Source: a virus (lineage: Duplodnaviria; Caudoviricetes). From it: 49,175 nucleotides of DNA. Positions 16,332 to 24,875 of this stretch are shown here, piece after piece. Location of the stretch: IMG/VR virus record IMGVR_UViG_3300032074_000005, positions 1-49,175 of that record, one strand, 5' to 3'. The position numbers and the translations under genes were made by a program. A model generated the notes under the pieces. The model did no database searches and was not told the origin of the DNA. It saw only the letters and a program-made list of their open reading frames with translations. Position 1 is the stretch's first letter. Each line of letters opens with the position of its first letter.

Positions 16332-16573
16332 GCCGCGTTCCCGTTGCCGTTGCCATTACCCTCGCGGTACGGGAACAGGGCGTGTGGGTCTACGTGAAGC
16401 ACCCGGGCGATGCGGACCCGGAGCGCGTCGCTGATGTTGCGCTTGCCGTTCTCCAGCTCGCTGATGGTTACCTGCGTGGTGCCGGCCTGCTCGGCCAACT
16501 GCACCTGGCTCAGCCGGTACAGACCACGTAGAGCCCTGACGCCTTCTCCCCAGACTGGGTGGTCACTCACCAT
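16328..16573 (-). CDS. Cro-like XRE HTH regulator
   Basis: LSQVQLAEQAGTTQVTISELENG; divergent from the repressor. Confidence 0.85.
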   Translation of the reverse strand: MVSDHPVWGEGVRALRGLYRLSQVQLAEQAGTTQVTISELENGKRNISDALRVRIARVLHVDPHALFPYREGNGNGNGNAA

Positions 16574-16580
16574 GAGGATA

Positions 16581-16610
16581 GTTTTACCGAATACGCGGAT
16601 ACCCTGTCAA
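16581..16610 (-). promoter_or_regulatory. Putative early lytic promoter for cro, likely leaderless
   Basis: TTGACA at 16610-16605, 18-nt spacer, TAAAAC, then 7 nt to the ATG; several GATAC/GTATC half-sites nearby could be operators. Confidence 0.5.
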
Positions 16611-16791
16611 GGGATACTCGGTACCTGGGCGATATTTATCGCGCACGGAGGCTGGCGAGTCTGGGCTTGATACATGCGCTCAGGAGGCGACGGTCACACA
16701 TACGGGTATCTAGACACCGGCTATCCCTGTCATGTATAACGTCCATGAACGCTGCGCCGGGGGGCAAAGTGCGAAGCGAGGAGTGGAGACG

Positions 16792-17211
16792 ATGGCGGAA
16801 CGCTGGCAGGAGCGGCTTGGGTCGCTCATTCGGCAGTACCGAGGGTCGATGTCGCAGACGGTGCTAGCTGAGTTGGTCTCGGAGAAGGTTGGGCGCAGGA
16901 TCCGGCAGAACGTGGTCAGCGACCACGAGCACGGGCGACGCTGGGCCGACGAGAACATGGACCTGATCGGCGCCTACGCCGAGGTTCTCGACATCCCGCC
17001 TCAAGAGATCCACGACGCGATGCGGCTGCCGATGGTGGCGGCCGGGCCGGCGCCGCGCGACTTCGCCGAGATCGTCGCGCAGGACAGGACGCTCAGCAAG
17101 ACCGCCAAGGAGCATCTGCTGGCTCAGTACGAGCTGTTGCAGATGGCGACCGAGCATGAGCGGCGGGGTGAGTCGGTGCTTCGCGGATCGCCCGTCCGCA
17201 AGCGAGCGTGA
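16792..17211 (+). CDS. Immunity repressor (XRE HTH)
   Basis: MSQTVLAELVS....IRQNVVSDHEHG; GAGGAG RBS; divergent from cro. Confidence 0.75.
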   Translation: MAERWQERLGSLIRQYRGSMSQTVLAELVSEKVGRRIRQNVVSDHEHGRRWADENMDLIGAYAEVLDIPPQEIHDAMRLPMVAAGPAPRDFAEIVAQDRTLSKTAKEHLLAQYELLQMATEHERRGESVLRGSPVRKRA

Positions 17212-17335
17212 CGCAGCGACCGTAACCGCTACTACCGGGCGCTCGTTGTCCTCGGAGTATCAACACGAGTCTGGGAGGTACTCAAAGGTGGGTGCTTCGT
17301 TCTCAAAAACACATCAGAACAGGGGGAGTCTCGCC

Positions 17336-17620
17336 GTGAGACTCACGATTCACGAAGCGTTACCTATGCTTGGAGTGGCGGCCTTGTGGCTTACAGCGGT
17401 GGTGCTCATGGGGGTCGACTTCGCCGACGGTAGCCGGTCAGTCATGGGCAGACTCGCGCTGCTCATCGGACTGGCCGCAGGGTGCGGAACCCTCATGATC
17501 GCCATGAAGCACTGTCGGCGCGTCATCCTCGAGGTGATGAGCTGGGAGCACCGCATGTATGACCGGCGCGTCACCGACACTGATCGGGCTGAGCGGAGCA
17601 ACGTCCGGGCGATCCGCTAG
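17336..17620 (+). CDS. Two-TM membrane protein, likely lysogen-expressed
   Basis: GGGGGAG RBS, two hydrophobic segments, co-oriented with the repressor. Confidence 0.65.
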   Translation: MRLTIHEALPMLGVAALWLTAVVLMGVDFADGSRSVMGRLALLIGLAAGCGTLMIAMKHCRRVILEVMSWEHRMYDRRVTDTDRAERSNVRAIR

Positions 17621-18816
17621 CCGAGCTGCAACCGTTCGGCGACCCGCTCGAGGGCCTTGCGCGCCTGCGTGACGTCGACGTGCTCGTACCCTCTGGTGCT
17701 CGCGATGCTGCTGTGTCCCATGATCTGAATGCGCACGGCCTCGTCGACGCCGAGCTTCATCAGGAGTGTGGCGGTGGCGTGGCGGGCCTCGTGGAGCTCG
17801 TAGTAGCGGCCGGACGGGTGCCGGACGCCGACGGTGTCCTGTAGGGCCCGCCATTCGAGCCGGTCCTGCCGTGCGGAGGCGGGTGAGCCGGATTGTGCGG
17901 GCCAGACGAGCCCGTGCGGCGACGCGGGTGCGACCTCACGCCAGGAGGCCAGCGACTCGGCCATCCACGGCACGAGCGGGATGACGCGCCACCCAGCCCG
18001 CGACTTCGGCCGGACGAGGTGCAGCGACTTCTCGAGCCGCTTCGCCTCGTAGCCGTCGGGGATCCGGAAGCCGAGCGCCTTGCGCGAGCGGTCGACGTAG
18101 GGGAGCGCCTGCAGCTGCCAGGAGACGGACAGCCGATCCTCGTCGACCTCGTCCCAGGTGAGCCCGAGGCATTCACCTTGCCGCATGCCCTGTAGGAACG
18201 CCGCCAGCCATCGAGAGCCGTGCGGGAGGGTCGCGGCGACGGCGAGCATGGCGAGCGCGTCGGGTTCGGCGACCTCCTGCCGATCGGTCGGTGCCGGGGC
18301 TGGCGCCTTCACGTCGAGCACGCGAGCGGGGATCGAGTAGCCCTCGGCCTGCGCCGCCTTGAGCATCCGTATCAGCGTCCCGTGATAGCGCCGCACGGTG
18401 CTGCTGTTGCCGGTCCCTTCGCGCACCTTGGCGTCGACGGCCCGCACGTCGGCCGGCGCGAGCTGGACGAGCCGCTTGTGCCCGATCACGGGCACGATGT
18501 ACTTCCTGACGGCGCCGAGGTCGGTCGTGTGCGTCTTGGGCCGGTCGGTGCGCTCGGTCATCTCGAGCCACGTCTCGGCCCATGCCTTGACGGTGGTCCG
18601 CGGCGACGTGCTGGTCTCGCCGCGGTCGAGGTCGCGTGCCTTGAGCTTGAGCTTGGTCTTGACCTCAGCCTCGGTCTTGGCTGTGACGACGATGCGGCGT
18701 CGTGCGCCGGTCGAGGTCCAGCCTGCCTCGATGGTGCCGACCCAGCGGTTGTCGCTGCTGCGTTGGTAGACCGAGCCGCTGGCGTACTGGCGGCGCTTGC
18801 GGGGGCGCGGGCTCAT
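17617..18816 (-). CDS. int: Tyrosine integrase
   Basis: GSVYQR arm-binding N-terminus, GMRQGE, PKS, HEARH, MGH, catalytic Y. Confidence 0.95.
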   Translation of the reverse strand: MSPRPRKRRQYASGSVYQRSSDNRWVGTIEAGWTSTGARRRIVVTAKTEAEVKTKLKLKARDLDRGETSTSPRTTVKAWAETWLEMTERTDRPKTHTTDLGAVRKYIVPVIGHKRLVQLAPADVRAVDAKVREGTGNSSTVRRYHGTLIRMLKAAQAEGYSIPARVLDVKAPAPAPTDRQEVAEPDALAMLAVAATLPHGSRWLAAFLQGMRQGECLGLTWDEVDEDRLSVSWQLQALPYVDRSRKALGFRIPDGYEAKRLEKSLHLVRPKSRAGWRVIPLVPWMAESLASWREVAPASPHGLVWPAQSGSPASARQDRLEWRALQDTVGVRHPSGRYYELHEARHATATLLMKLGVDEAVRIQIMGHSSIASTRGYEHVDVTQARKALERVAERLQLG

Positions 18817-19982
18817 TAGTCCCCCTTGACGTTCACGATCTGTCGAAGCGTGTGGTCGACGGACACAAGATCGGCGGCGTCCCGCATCACGATGTCGATG
18901 TCCTTGTATGCGTCCGGGTGCTCGTCGAGGAAGGCATCGGAGCGGCCCCATTCGATGCCGTCCATGCGCCGGTCGAGGTCGTCACGAGTGAACAGCCGCT
19001 TGGCGGCGGACCGCGAGTGGTTGCGGCCGGCGCCGTGCGGGCTTGAGTTCAGCGCGAGCCGGTTACCCTTGCCCGTCACGACGTAGGACGCGGCACCCAT
19101 CGAGCCGGGAATGAGTCCCCGGACTCCCTCAGCGGCGTCGATCGCGCCCTTGCGGGACAGCCACACGTCCTTACCGAAGTGCTTCTCGCGCACCGTGTAG
19201 TTGTGGTGGCAGTTGATCGTCTCGGACTCGTCCAGGCGCGACCTTCCAGCCCAATCGAGGAAGGCGTCGACGACGCGGTGCATCATCTCTTCGCGGTTGA
19301 GGTAGGCGAACCGCTGGGCCCACCGCAGAGCCTCCATGTAGGACCAGAACTCCGGCTCGCCTTCCACGAGGTAGGCGAGGTCGCGGTCGGGCAGGCTGAT
19401 CCACCGCTTCTCGCACTGCTGCTGAGCAACCTTGATGTGCTTCATGGCGAGCTTGTTCCCCACGCCGCGGGAGCCGGAGTGCAGGAACAGCCAGACGCGG
19501 TCCTGCTCGTCGAGGCTGACTTCGATGAAGTGGTTGCCCGAGCCGAGCGAGCCGAGCTGCAGCCGCCAGTTCGGCGCAATGGCCTCCGCCTGCTCCGCGC
19601 CAGCCATGCCTTCGAGCTCGGCAACGCGCTTGGCCGTCTCTTCGGAGTAGAGGTCGGTGTTGTACTTGCCCGCCGACAGCGGCACCTTCGCGCTGATTGC
19701 AGCGTGGAGCGGGGCGCGGTCTGTCGGCAGGTCATCGACGTGCCAGCCGGTTCGGATCGCCATCATGCCGCAGCCGATGTCGACCCCGACCGCGGCCGGA
19801 ATGATCGCGCCGAGCGTCGGGATCACGGAGCCGACCGTCGCACCCTTCCCGAGGTGCGCGTCGGGCATCAGCGCCAGGTGGGGATGAATGAACGGCATGG
19901 AGGAAGTCAGGACGGCCTGCTGGCGCGTGTTGTCCTCCAGGATCGACGCCCAGTTCATCAGCCGCTTGCTTACCTGCTCCAT
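18816..19982 (-). CDS. rtcB: RtcB RNA ligase
   Basis: MPDAHLGKG, GVDIGCGM, LGSGNHFIE, LHSGSRG, HHNY, RKGA, IPGSMG, HGAGR, DE.P.AYK, VKG. Confidence 0.97.
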   Translation of the reverse strand: MEQVSKRLMNWASILEDNTRQQAVLTSSMPFIHPHLALMPDAHLGKGATVGSVIPTLGAIIPAAVGVDIGCGMMAIRTGWHVDDLPTDRAPLHAAISAKVPLSAGKYNTDLYSEETAKRVAELEGMAGAEQAEAIAPNWRLQLGSLGSGNHFIEVSLDEQDRVWLFLHSGSRGVGNKLAMKHIKVAQQQCEKRWISLPDRDLAYLVEGEPEFWSYMEALRWAQRFAYLNREEMMHRVVDAFLDWAGRSRLDESETINCHHNYTVREKHFGKDVWLSRKGAIDAAEGVRGLIPGSMGAASYVVTGKGNRLALNSSPHGAGRNHSRSAAKRLFTRDDLDRRMDGIEWGRSDAFLDEHPDAYKDIDIVMRDAADLVSVDHTLRQIVNVKGD

Positions 19983-20005
19983 GCTTCGCTCCGGTCCTAG
20001 TCGTT

Positions 20006-20029
20006 CCGCACGGTGTAGCCACCGTGCGG
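20006..20029. promoter_or_regulatory. Perfect 10-bp hairpin in the rtcB leader
   Basis: CCGCACGGTG-tagc-CACCGTGCGG. Confidence 0.55.
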
Positions 20030-20222
20030 GGGTGTTAGCCATCTCTTTAGCCATCTGCTGCCATAGCAACACTAGCCATAGCCCTCTGAATCACGCTCAA
20101 ATCCTTGCGTTTTCGGTCGGGCACGGCTAATATTACCTCACTTACAAGGAGGTGGTCGCGTGTTCGAATCACGCTGCGCCCACGGGTCCGATGCCCCGAA
20201 TGTTAGCCATGTCGGTAGCCAT
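20016..20222 (+). repeat. TAGCCA(T) direct repeats, probable integrase arm-type sites
   Basis: Copies at 20016, 20036, 20048, 20073, 20204 and 20216; two pairs spaced 12 bp; on both sides of the core. Confidence 0.7.
20141..20183 (+). other. attP common core: 3' half of tRNA-Val(TAC)
   Basis: CTTACAA anticodon loop, GGAGG, T-arm GCGTG-TTCGAAT-CACGC, acceptor strand TGCGCCCA; no D-arm or 5' acceptor strand. Confidence 0.88.
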
Positions 20223-20254
20223 GTGCGCGAAAACCTGCACCAGGAGGGCTCGCG

Positions 20255-20491
20255 GTGACTGAGCCCCGAAAGCCGGCGTGGTGGCCGACCGCCGAGCAGA
20301 AGCTGCACGCCGATGCTGGCTGCGCCCACCCCGACCTGTGCCGTGTCGAGCAGCAAGAGCACGCCGCGCGCATCGGCGCTGACTACGGCCGCGAACTGGC
20401 CGATCAGGACACCGCTCGCCCGATGACCGCCGTCCCATGTATCACCCAACCACCCGCCGACTCCTCACCTACTGAACAGGGGGACCGATGA
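20255..20491 (+). CDS. Hypothetical protein
   Basis: AGGAGG RBS; first gene of the accessory array. Confidence 0.6.
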   Translation: MTEPRKPAWWPTAEQKLHADAGCAHPDLCRVEQQEHAARIGADYGRELADQDTARPMTAVPCITQPPADSSPTEQGDR

Positions 20492-20655
20492 GCCACTTCG
20501 AGCGTGAACTGACCCGCGAGCTGACCAGGCGTGCGCGTCGCATGACCGACGACGAGCTTGCGGCGCTGCTGCTGGACCCGGAGACGTCGGTGCCGGGTCT
20601 GCGCGTGGTGCAGGCCGAGGTTGAGGCGCGGGCCGGTCGTAGGGTGGCGTCGTGA
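20488..20655 (+). CDS. Hypothetical protein (55 aa)
   Basis: MSHFERELTREL...; coupled at both ends. Confidence 0.6.
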   Translation: MSHFERELTRELTRRARRMTDDELAALLLDPETSVPGLRVVQAEVEARAGRRVAS

Positions 20656-20939
20656 GCGAGGCGGAGGCTGTAGCCGACAGCGCCGAGAATGACGCGGGTC
20701 GAATGGCACGCGACCAGCGCCGGTACGAGCACGTAGCGGAGACGCTACACAAGGCAGTCGCGTGGGCCGAGGATGCCGAGGCTCGCTGCAAGGCCCTCGC
20801 GGACAAGATCGACCGCTGCACAGAGCACCTGCGCGTCGCCCTTGGATACACCGAGGGCGGGCACGACGCGGGCCTAGAGGCTCTGGCCGTGCAGGTCAGG
20901 CGTGCCCGTGTCATTTCGCCCGGAAAGGCCGACGGGTGA
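20652..20939 (+). CDS. Hypothetical cassette-type coiled-coil protein
   Basis: ..AVADSAENDA...RVISPGKADG; motifs A and B. Confidence 0.7.
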   Translation: MSEAEAVADSAENDAGRMARDQRRYEHVAETLHKAVAWAEDAEARCKALADKIDRCTEHLRVALGYTEGGHDAGLEALAVQVRRARVISPGKADG

Positions 20940-21106
20940 CCGCAGACCTACTCCGCCGCGCCGCCGTGAGAGCGCAGGAGGACCCAGATCCGCGCTGGCA
21001 TCCCGTGGGCGAGTGGCTGGCGGAGACTGCGATCCGTTGGGATTGGGTTGAGGAGCGCGACTTGGCAGCCGCCGTCGCCCGCGCACTCCTGGGCGAGTCG
21101 GCATGA
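20936..21106 (+). CDS. Hypothetical protein
   Basis: VTADLLRRAA..., coupled. Confidence 0.6.
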   Translation: MTADLLRRAAVRAQEDPDPRWHPVGEWLAETAIRWDWVEERDLAAAVARALLGESA

Positions 21107-21414
21107 GGCTGACCGAGTTCCTACTGGCGCGGATCGCTGAGGATGAGACCGATGGGCCTCGGCATCCTGACTGGTGCCGAGCGGTCGCTGATGACCAAGC
21201 GTGCGACTGCGATGGCCCCGCTCGCATCCTGGCCGAGTGCGAGGCCAAGCGGCGGATCGTGCAGGAATACTCCGAGCGGGACGCCGACGTGGACCTGATG
21301 CTGGGGCCGAACACTCTTCGACAGCGCGAGTGGTCTGGACTACGGCTCGCCCTCCGCTACCTCGCCCTGCCCTACGCCGACCACCCGGATTACCGCGAGG
21401 AGTGGAAGCCGTGA
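21103..21414 (+). CDS. DUF6221-like protein
   Basis: FLLARIAEDE...PARILAECEAKRRIV...LALPYADHPDYREEW. Confidence 0.8.
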   Translation: MRLTEFLLARIAEDETDGPRHPDWCRAVADDQACDCDGPARILAECEAKRRIVQEYSERDADVDLMLGPNTLRQREWSGLRLALRYLALPYADHPDYREEWKP

Positions 21415-21590
21415 CGCTTGACGAGGCACCCGTGGGCACGATCGTAACTGTCGGTCACCCGGCGAACGCGAGTACCGCGACGAAGTACCCCGATGGGGCC
21501 TGGCGCTACACCTTCCCGCCTCATCGAGTGGTCGACTACGACGATCTCCACAAGACTGCCCGCGCCGTCTACATTCCCGAGCGCGCATGA
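21411..21590 (+). CDS. Hypothetical protein
   Basis: VTLDEAPVGT..., GTGA-coupled. Confidence 0.55.
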   Translation: MTLDEAPVGTIVTVGHPANASTATKYPDGAWRYTFPPHRVVDYDDLHKTARAVYIPERA

Positions 21591-21592
21591 AG

Positions 21593-21628
21593 AAAGCCCC
21601 CCGCCTGCCGAAGCAGACGGGGGGCTTT
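21593..21628. terminator. Bidirectional intrinsic terminator
   Basis: AAAGCCCCCCG.CTGC-cgaa-GCAG.CGGGGGGCTTT between convergent operons. Confidence 0.8.
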
Positions 21629-21706
21629 GTCCCGGGGGCGGCCACGACGAGCCGCGTGGGCTGCGTCTGCCGCCTCTCACCGCCGCGGCAGGTGAGGCGC
21701 TGGGGG

Positions 21707-22021
21707 CTAGGTGACTTGGATCCGGTTGTAGCTGCCGGTCGCTGCGGTCAACGGGATGACTTCGGGGCTGTCGGTGGCGCGGATGTCGAGCGCCTGATAG
21801 GTGCCTTTCGGTGTGGCCGCGTCGACGAACAGGGACACCTCAGCGGTCGAGAGGCTGGGGTTGTCGACCTTGTCTGCTGCCTGCCAGTCGGTGTCGGGGG
21901 TGTCTGCGTCGCCGACGAGTTTGACGGTCCAGGTCACGGCGGTGATGTCGAGGCCGTTGCGTTCGGTGACGGTGGCGGTGACGTACTCCGCTTCGCCGTT
22001 GGTCGCGTCGATGGTCCTCAT
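21707..22021 (-). CDS. Beta-rich virion-associated protein (BppU-N/Ig-like?)
   Basis: ATGA-coupled to 22018; GTY....R.TDSPE.I. Confidence 0.5.
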   Translation of the reverse strand: MRTIDATNGEAEYVTATVTERNGLDITAVTWTVKLVGDADTPDTDWQAADKVDNPSLSTAEVSLFVDAATPKGTYQALDIRATDSPEVIPLTAATGSYNRIQVT

Positions 22022-23928
22022 GGGGCCTCCATTCGGGCGGTCATGCGGCGGGGCTCGAGGTCGGCTGTCATGCGCCGGCCGAGTAGTCGGGCGGTGAGTG
22101 CGAGGTCGCGTTCGTTGCCGGGGATGATGCCGAGCGCGGTCAGGGTGCCGTTGCCTGCGAGGTCGGCTGCTGCTGCGGCGTTGACTTGCGCGGCGTAGGT
22201 GAGGGTTCCTTCGCCGCTGAGCTCGACCGTGATGCTGGTGGCGGCTGTCCCTTGGGCGGTGAGTGTGCCGGTGCCGTTGAACGCGGCGGTCGCTGAGCCT
22301 GAGCCGGATGCTGCGGCGGTGAGGTTGCCCGCGCCGGTCAGGGTGACGGTGGCACCGGTTGCGGGTGCGCCGGCCGCCGTGAGGGTGCCTGTCCCGCTCA
22401 GTGGCGCCGTCGCTGTCGTCTGCGCCTTGCCGGTGGCGGTGAGCGTGCCAGCGCCGGACAGGGTGGCCGTGCCGAGCGCGTCAGCCTGGGTCGCCGCGAT
22501 CTCGAAGTTGTCGCGCTTCTCCCACCCCTGCGCCGTCATGTGCGTGGAGTCGGTGGGGTAGATCCAGTCGGCGGGGTCGTACACACCGGCTGCGTGAATG
22601 TGCGTGTTCCAGTCAAGCAGGGTCGCGTTCGTGGCGCCGGACATCACCGACGCCAGGAGTGGGTTGAAGTGGGCGGCGTTCGTGTTGGCGGCCGAGTAGT
22701 AGGCCAGGTTGACCCACAGCACCTTGCCGGTCGTGCCGATGCCGTTGAGGATCGCCTGAGCACCGGCCGTGAACGCGGAGTCCGTCTCGCCCGTGTCGTT
22801 GGTGCCTAGGCCGATGATCCAGAAGTCGACGGTGCCGAGCTGGGCCTTCGCGGCGGCGATGTTGTCGGCGACGGTCTTGCCGTTGGCGTCGGTGCCGACC
22901 ATCGGCTTGCCACCGACTGCGTACCAGTAGATCGAGGCGTCGTCGAAGCCTGCCGCCTGGAACCTTGAGCGGGTGATGGATTCGCGGCTGGGCGGGTTGG
23001 CGTCGGAGCCGGATCGCCAGGTGAGTGAGTCGCCGATGATGGCGACGGTGGGGTGGCTGAGGTTGCGGGTAGCGGTGAGCGTGCCGCTGCCGGACAGTGT
23101 CGCCGTGACCTTGGCTGCTGGTGTGCCTGTCGCGCTGAGTGTGCCGCTGCCGGCGAGGTTGACGGCTGCCCCGTTGCCAGCGATCCCGGTCGCGGTGAGT
23201 GTGCCGTCCCCGCTGAACGATGCCGACCCGCTGTGTGCCTCGGTGCTGACTTGCGCGAACGACAGGGACACGGCGGCGTAGGTGACGGCGAGTGGCTGCC
23301 CGGTCGAGCTGCTGGTGATGGCCGCGGTCGGTGTCGTGGAGCCTGCCGCGGCGCGCTGTGACTCGAGGACGCCACCGTTTCGCGGGTTGCCGGAGCCGCT
23401 GGACAGCTTGACCCCGGACACGGTGTATTCGGAGCCGGACGGTACGCCCATGACCGACGACTGGTTGCCGAGCACGAACGCGGCGTGAACCAGGGAGCCG
23501 GCCGCAGCGTTGACGGCTGGTGCGGCAGGGTTCGTGGTGGTCGTGTTGCTGAACGTTCCGACAGCGGCGACGTCGATCGGCGCGTTCGGGTTCTCTCCGG
23601 TGACGGTGGCTGCGTACCAGGCGAGCCCACCAGCGACGGAGCGGGTGACGGTGATCGTGTCGGTTGCTGTGAGCGGGTTGGTGATGACGCTGGTGTAGGT
23701 GGCGACCGTCGAGGCGTTGGTCGTCGCGGATGCTGTGCCTTGCAGCGTCCAGGTGTTGCTCTTGGAGTCGGTGACGGTGAACGTGATCGACGCGGCACCT
23801 GCGTAGATGTCGAGGACGACCATCGTGCCCGCAGGCACGGCTGCCCCGACCGCGACCGGCCCCGAGGTGGAGACGTTCGCGGACGAGGCGTACCCGGCGC
23901 CTAGCGGTGTCCCGAGGGAGACGGCCAT
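22018..23928 (-). CDS. Minor tail/fibre protein with SGNH hydrolase domain
   Basis: IIGDSLT, GLGTND, DSTH blocks flanked by about 10 repeats of A.LSG.GTLTA. Confidence 0.8.
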   Translation of the reverse strand: MAVSLGTPLGAGYASSANVSTSGPVAVGAAVPAGTMVVLDIYAGAASITFTVTDSKSNTWTLQGTASATTNASTVATYTSVITNPLTATDTITVTRSVAGGLAWYAATVTGENPNAPIDVAAVGTFSNTTTTNPAAPAVNAAAGSLVHAAFVLGNQSSVMGVPSGSEYTVSGVKLSSGSGNPRNGGVLESQRAAAGSTTPTAAITSSSTGQPLAVTYAAVSLSFAQVSTEAHSGSASFSGDGTLTATGIAGNGAAVNLAGSGTLSATGTPAAKVTATLSGSGTLTATRNLSHPTVAIIGDSLTWRSGSDANPPSRESITRSRFQAAGFDDASIYWYAVGGKPMVGTDANGKTVADNIAAAKAQLGTVDFWIIGLGTNDTGETDSAFTAGAQAILNGIGTTGKVLWVNLAYYSAANTNAAHFNPLLASVMSGATNATLLDWNTHIHAAGVYDPADWIYPTDSTHMTAQGWEKRDNFEIAATQADALGTATLSGAGTLTATGKAQTTATAPLSGTGTLTAAGAPATGATVTLTGAGNLTAAASGSGSATAAFNGTGTLTAQGTAATSITVELSGEGTLTYAAQVNAAAAADLAGNGTLTALGIIPGNERDLALTARLLGRRMTADLEPRRMTARMEAP

Positions 23929-23938
23929 CTACGTCGCG

Positions 23939-24286
23939 TCAGCTCTGCGAGAAAGTAAAGGTGACGGAGTAGGTCCCCTGCGAGTTGAAAGCCTGGCTGG
24001 TCACCGTCGCCCCGTCGAGGTACGTGCCACCCGTGACGGCCGTGTGCACGCCGACGCCGACGATGGTCGCACCAGCAGGAACGTCGAAGGTGGCGGTTGC
24101 GGTCACGACGCCGTCGACTGTGCCGGCGGTCCAGGTGAGCGGCTTGCGTGCGTAGGCCGGTGACCCACCAGACGGCTCAGTGCCTGCCGACGCACCGGGA
24201 GCGGTCGTGTAGATCGCGCCATAGGTGGCGTTGGTGCCGTATGCGACGGCGAGGTTTTCCTTCTGCTGCGCGGTCTGGATGGCCAC
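23939..24286 (-). CDS. Minor tail protein
   Basis: PG..G.E.SGG..AYAR...W...FDVP.G.T....G. Confidence 0.65.
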   Translation of the reverse strand: MAIQTAQQKENLAVAYGTNATYGAIYTTAPGASAGTEPSGGSPAYARKPLTWTAGTVDGVVTATATFDVPAGATIVGVGVHTAVTGGTYLDGATVTSQAFNSQGTYSVTFTFSQS

Positions 24287-24310
24287 GGGGTCTCCTTCAG
24301 GTTGGGCGGG

Positions 24311-24631
24311 TCAGTGGGAGCCGGTGAACGGGGTTGTATCGGGGCCGTGCTTGGAGAATCGACCGTGCGAGTCGCGGTCCGCGGCCTTCTTGATGCCTTC
24401 GTGGAAGGGTTCCGAGTTCGGCAAAGCGTTGATGTGCACCGCACCCTTGACCGGCGTGACGAACTGGCGGCTGATGAACCCGGCGACAATGGGCGCGAGG
24501 AGTGCGACGGCGCCCATGATGGCGGCGGTCTGCTCCTTGGACAGGTGCAGGCCGAACGCTGCGGCGAGGGCGAGACCTGCGGCGACGATGGCCGTAATGG
24601 TGGAGGCGGAGAGAACGGGCTCGCGCTTCAT
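24311..24631 (-). CDS. Holin
   Basis: EPV...two TM helices...R.FVTPV; GAGGAG RBS. Confidence 0.75.
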   Translation of the reverse strand: MKREPVLSASTITAIVAAGLALAAAFGLHLSKEQTAAIMGAVALLAPIVAGFISRQFVTPVKGAVHINALPNSEPFHEGIKKAADRDSHGRFSKHGPDTTPFTGSH

Positions 24632-24664
24632 GGTGCTCCTCAGATTTCGTTGAGAAAAGGTGGG

Positions 24665-24701
24665 CAGGTGTATTGACAGGTGTATGTACACCTAGTAGTG
24701 T
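24665..24701 (+). promoter_or_regulatory. SigA-type promoter with overlapping operator
   Basis: TTGACA(24673)-17 nt-TAGTGT(24696); palindrome AGGTGTA-tg-TACACCT; direct repeat CAGGTGTAT. Confidence 0.8.
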
Positions 24702-24749
24702 TCTTCTTGTCAGGCGGAAAGGCCGCCTCGGAGCCCCAGGAGGGCGAAA

Positions 24750-24875
24750 ATGTTCGCTACTCTCGCCGCCGCCAAGGTCGCCGCTCGCGAGTTCTTCGCA
24801 TCGGACTCCCGCATCGCCGCGGTCGTCTACATCGTCGCCGGCCGCGAGGTGCGCATCACACGGAAGGACGTGTGA
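24750..24875 (+). CDS. Small hypothetical protein (41 aa)
   Basis: AGGAGG RBS; MFATLAAAKVAAREFF...; TGATG coupling. Confidence 0.6.
   Translation: MFATLAAAKVAAREFFASDSRIAAVVYIVAGREVRITRKDV

Noticed and set aside
18816-20072. Extended N-termini for RtcB (20072), integrase (18951), TerL (48525) and lysin (27868) as given in the ORF track
   Set aside because: Extensions overlap att repeats or upstream genes; internal starts have RBSs or stop/start coupling
16792-20183. Integration-dependent immunity (attP inside the repressor gene)
   Set aside because: attP is about 3 kb from the repressor, and the integrase has an arm-binding N-terminal domain
20110-20186. Complete tRNA-Val gene
   Set aside because: Only the anticodon loop through acceptor 3' strand is present; no D-arm or matching 5' strand, so it is called as attP
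22140-23230. Repeated GTGAGxGTGCCG DNA motifs as regulatory repeats
   Set aside because: Explained by the encoded GTLTA protein repeats
24713-24727. Extra copy of cassette motif B (CGGAAAGGCCG)
   Set aside because: Lacks the GTCATT arm and the stop/start; more simply a small 5' leader hairpin
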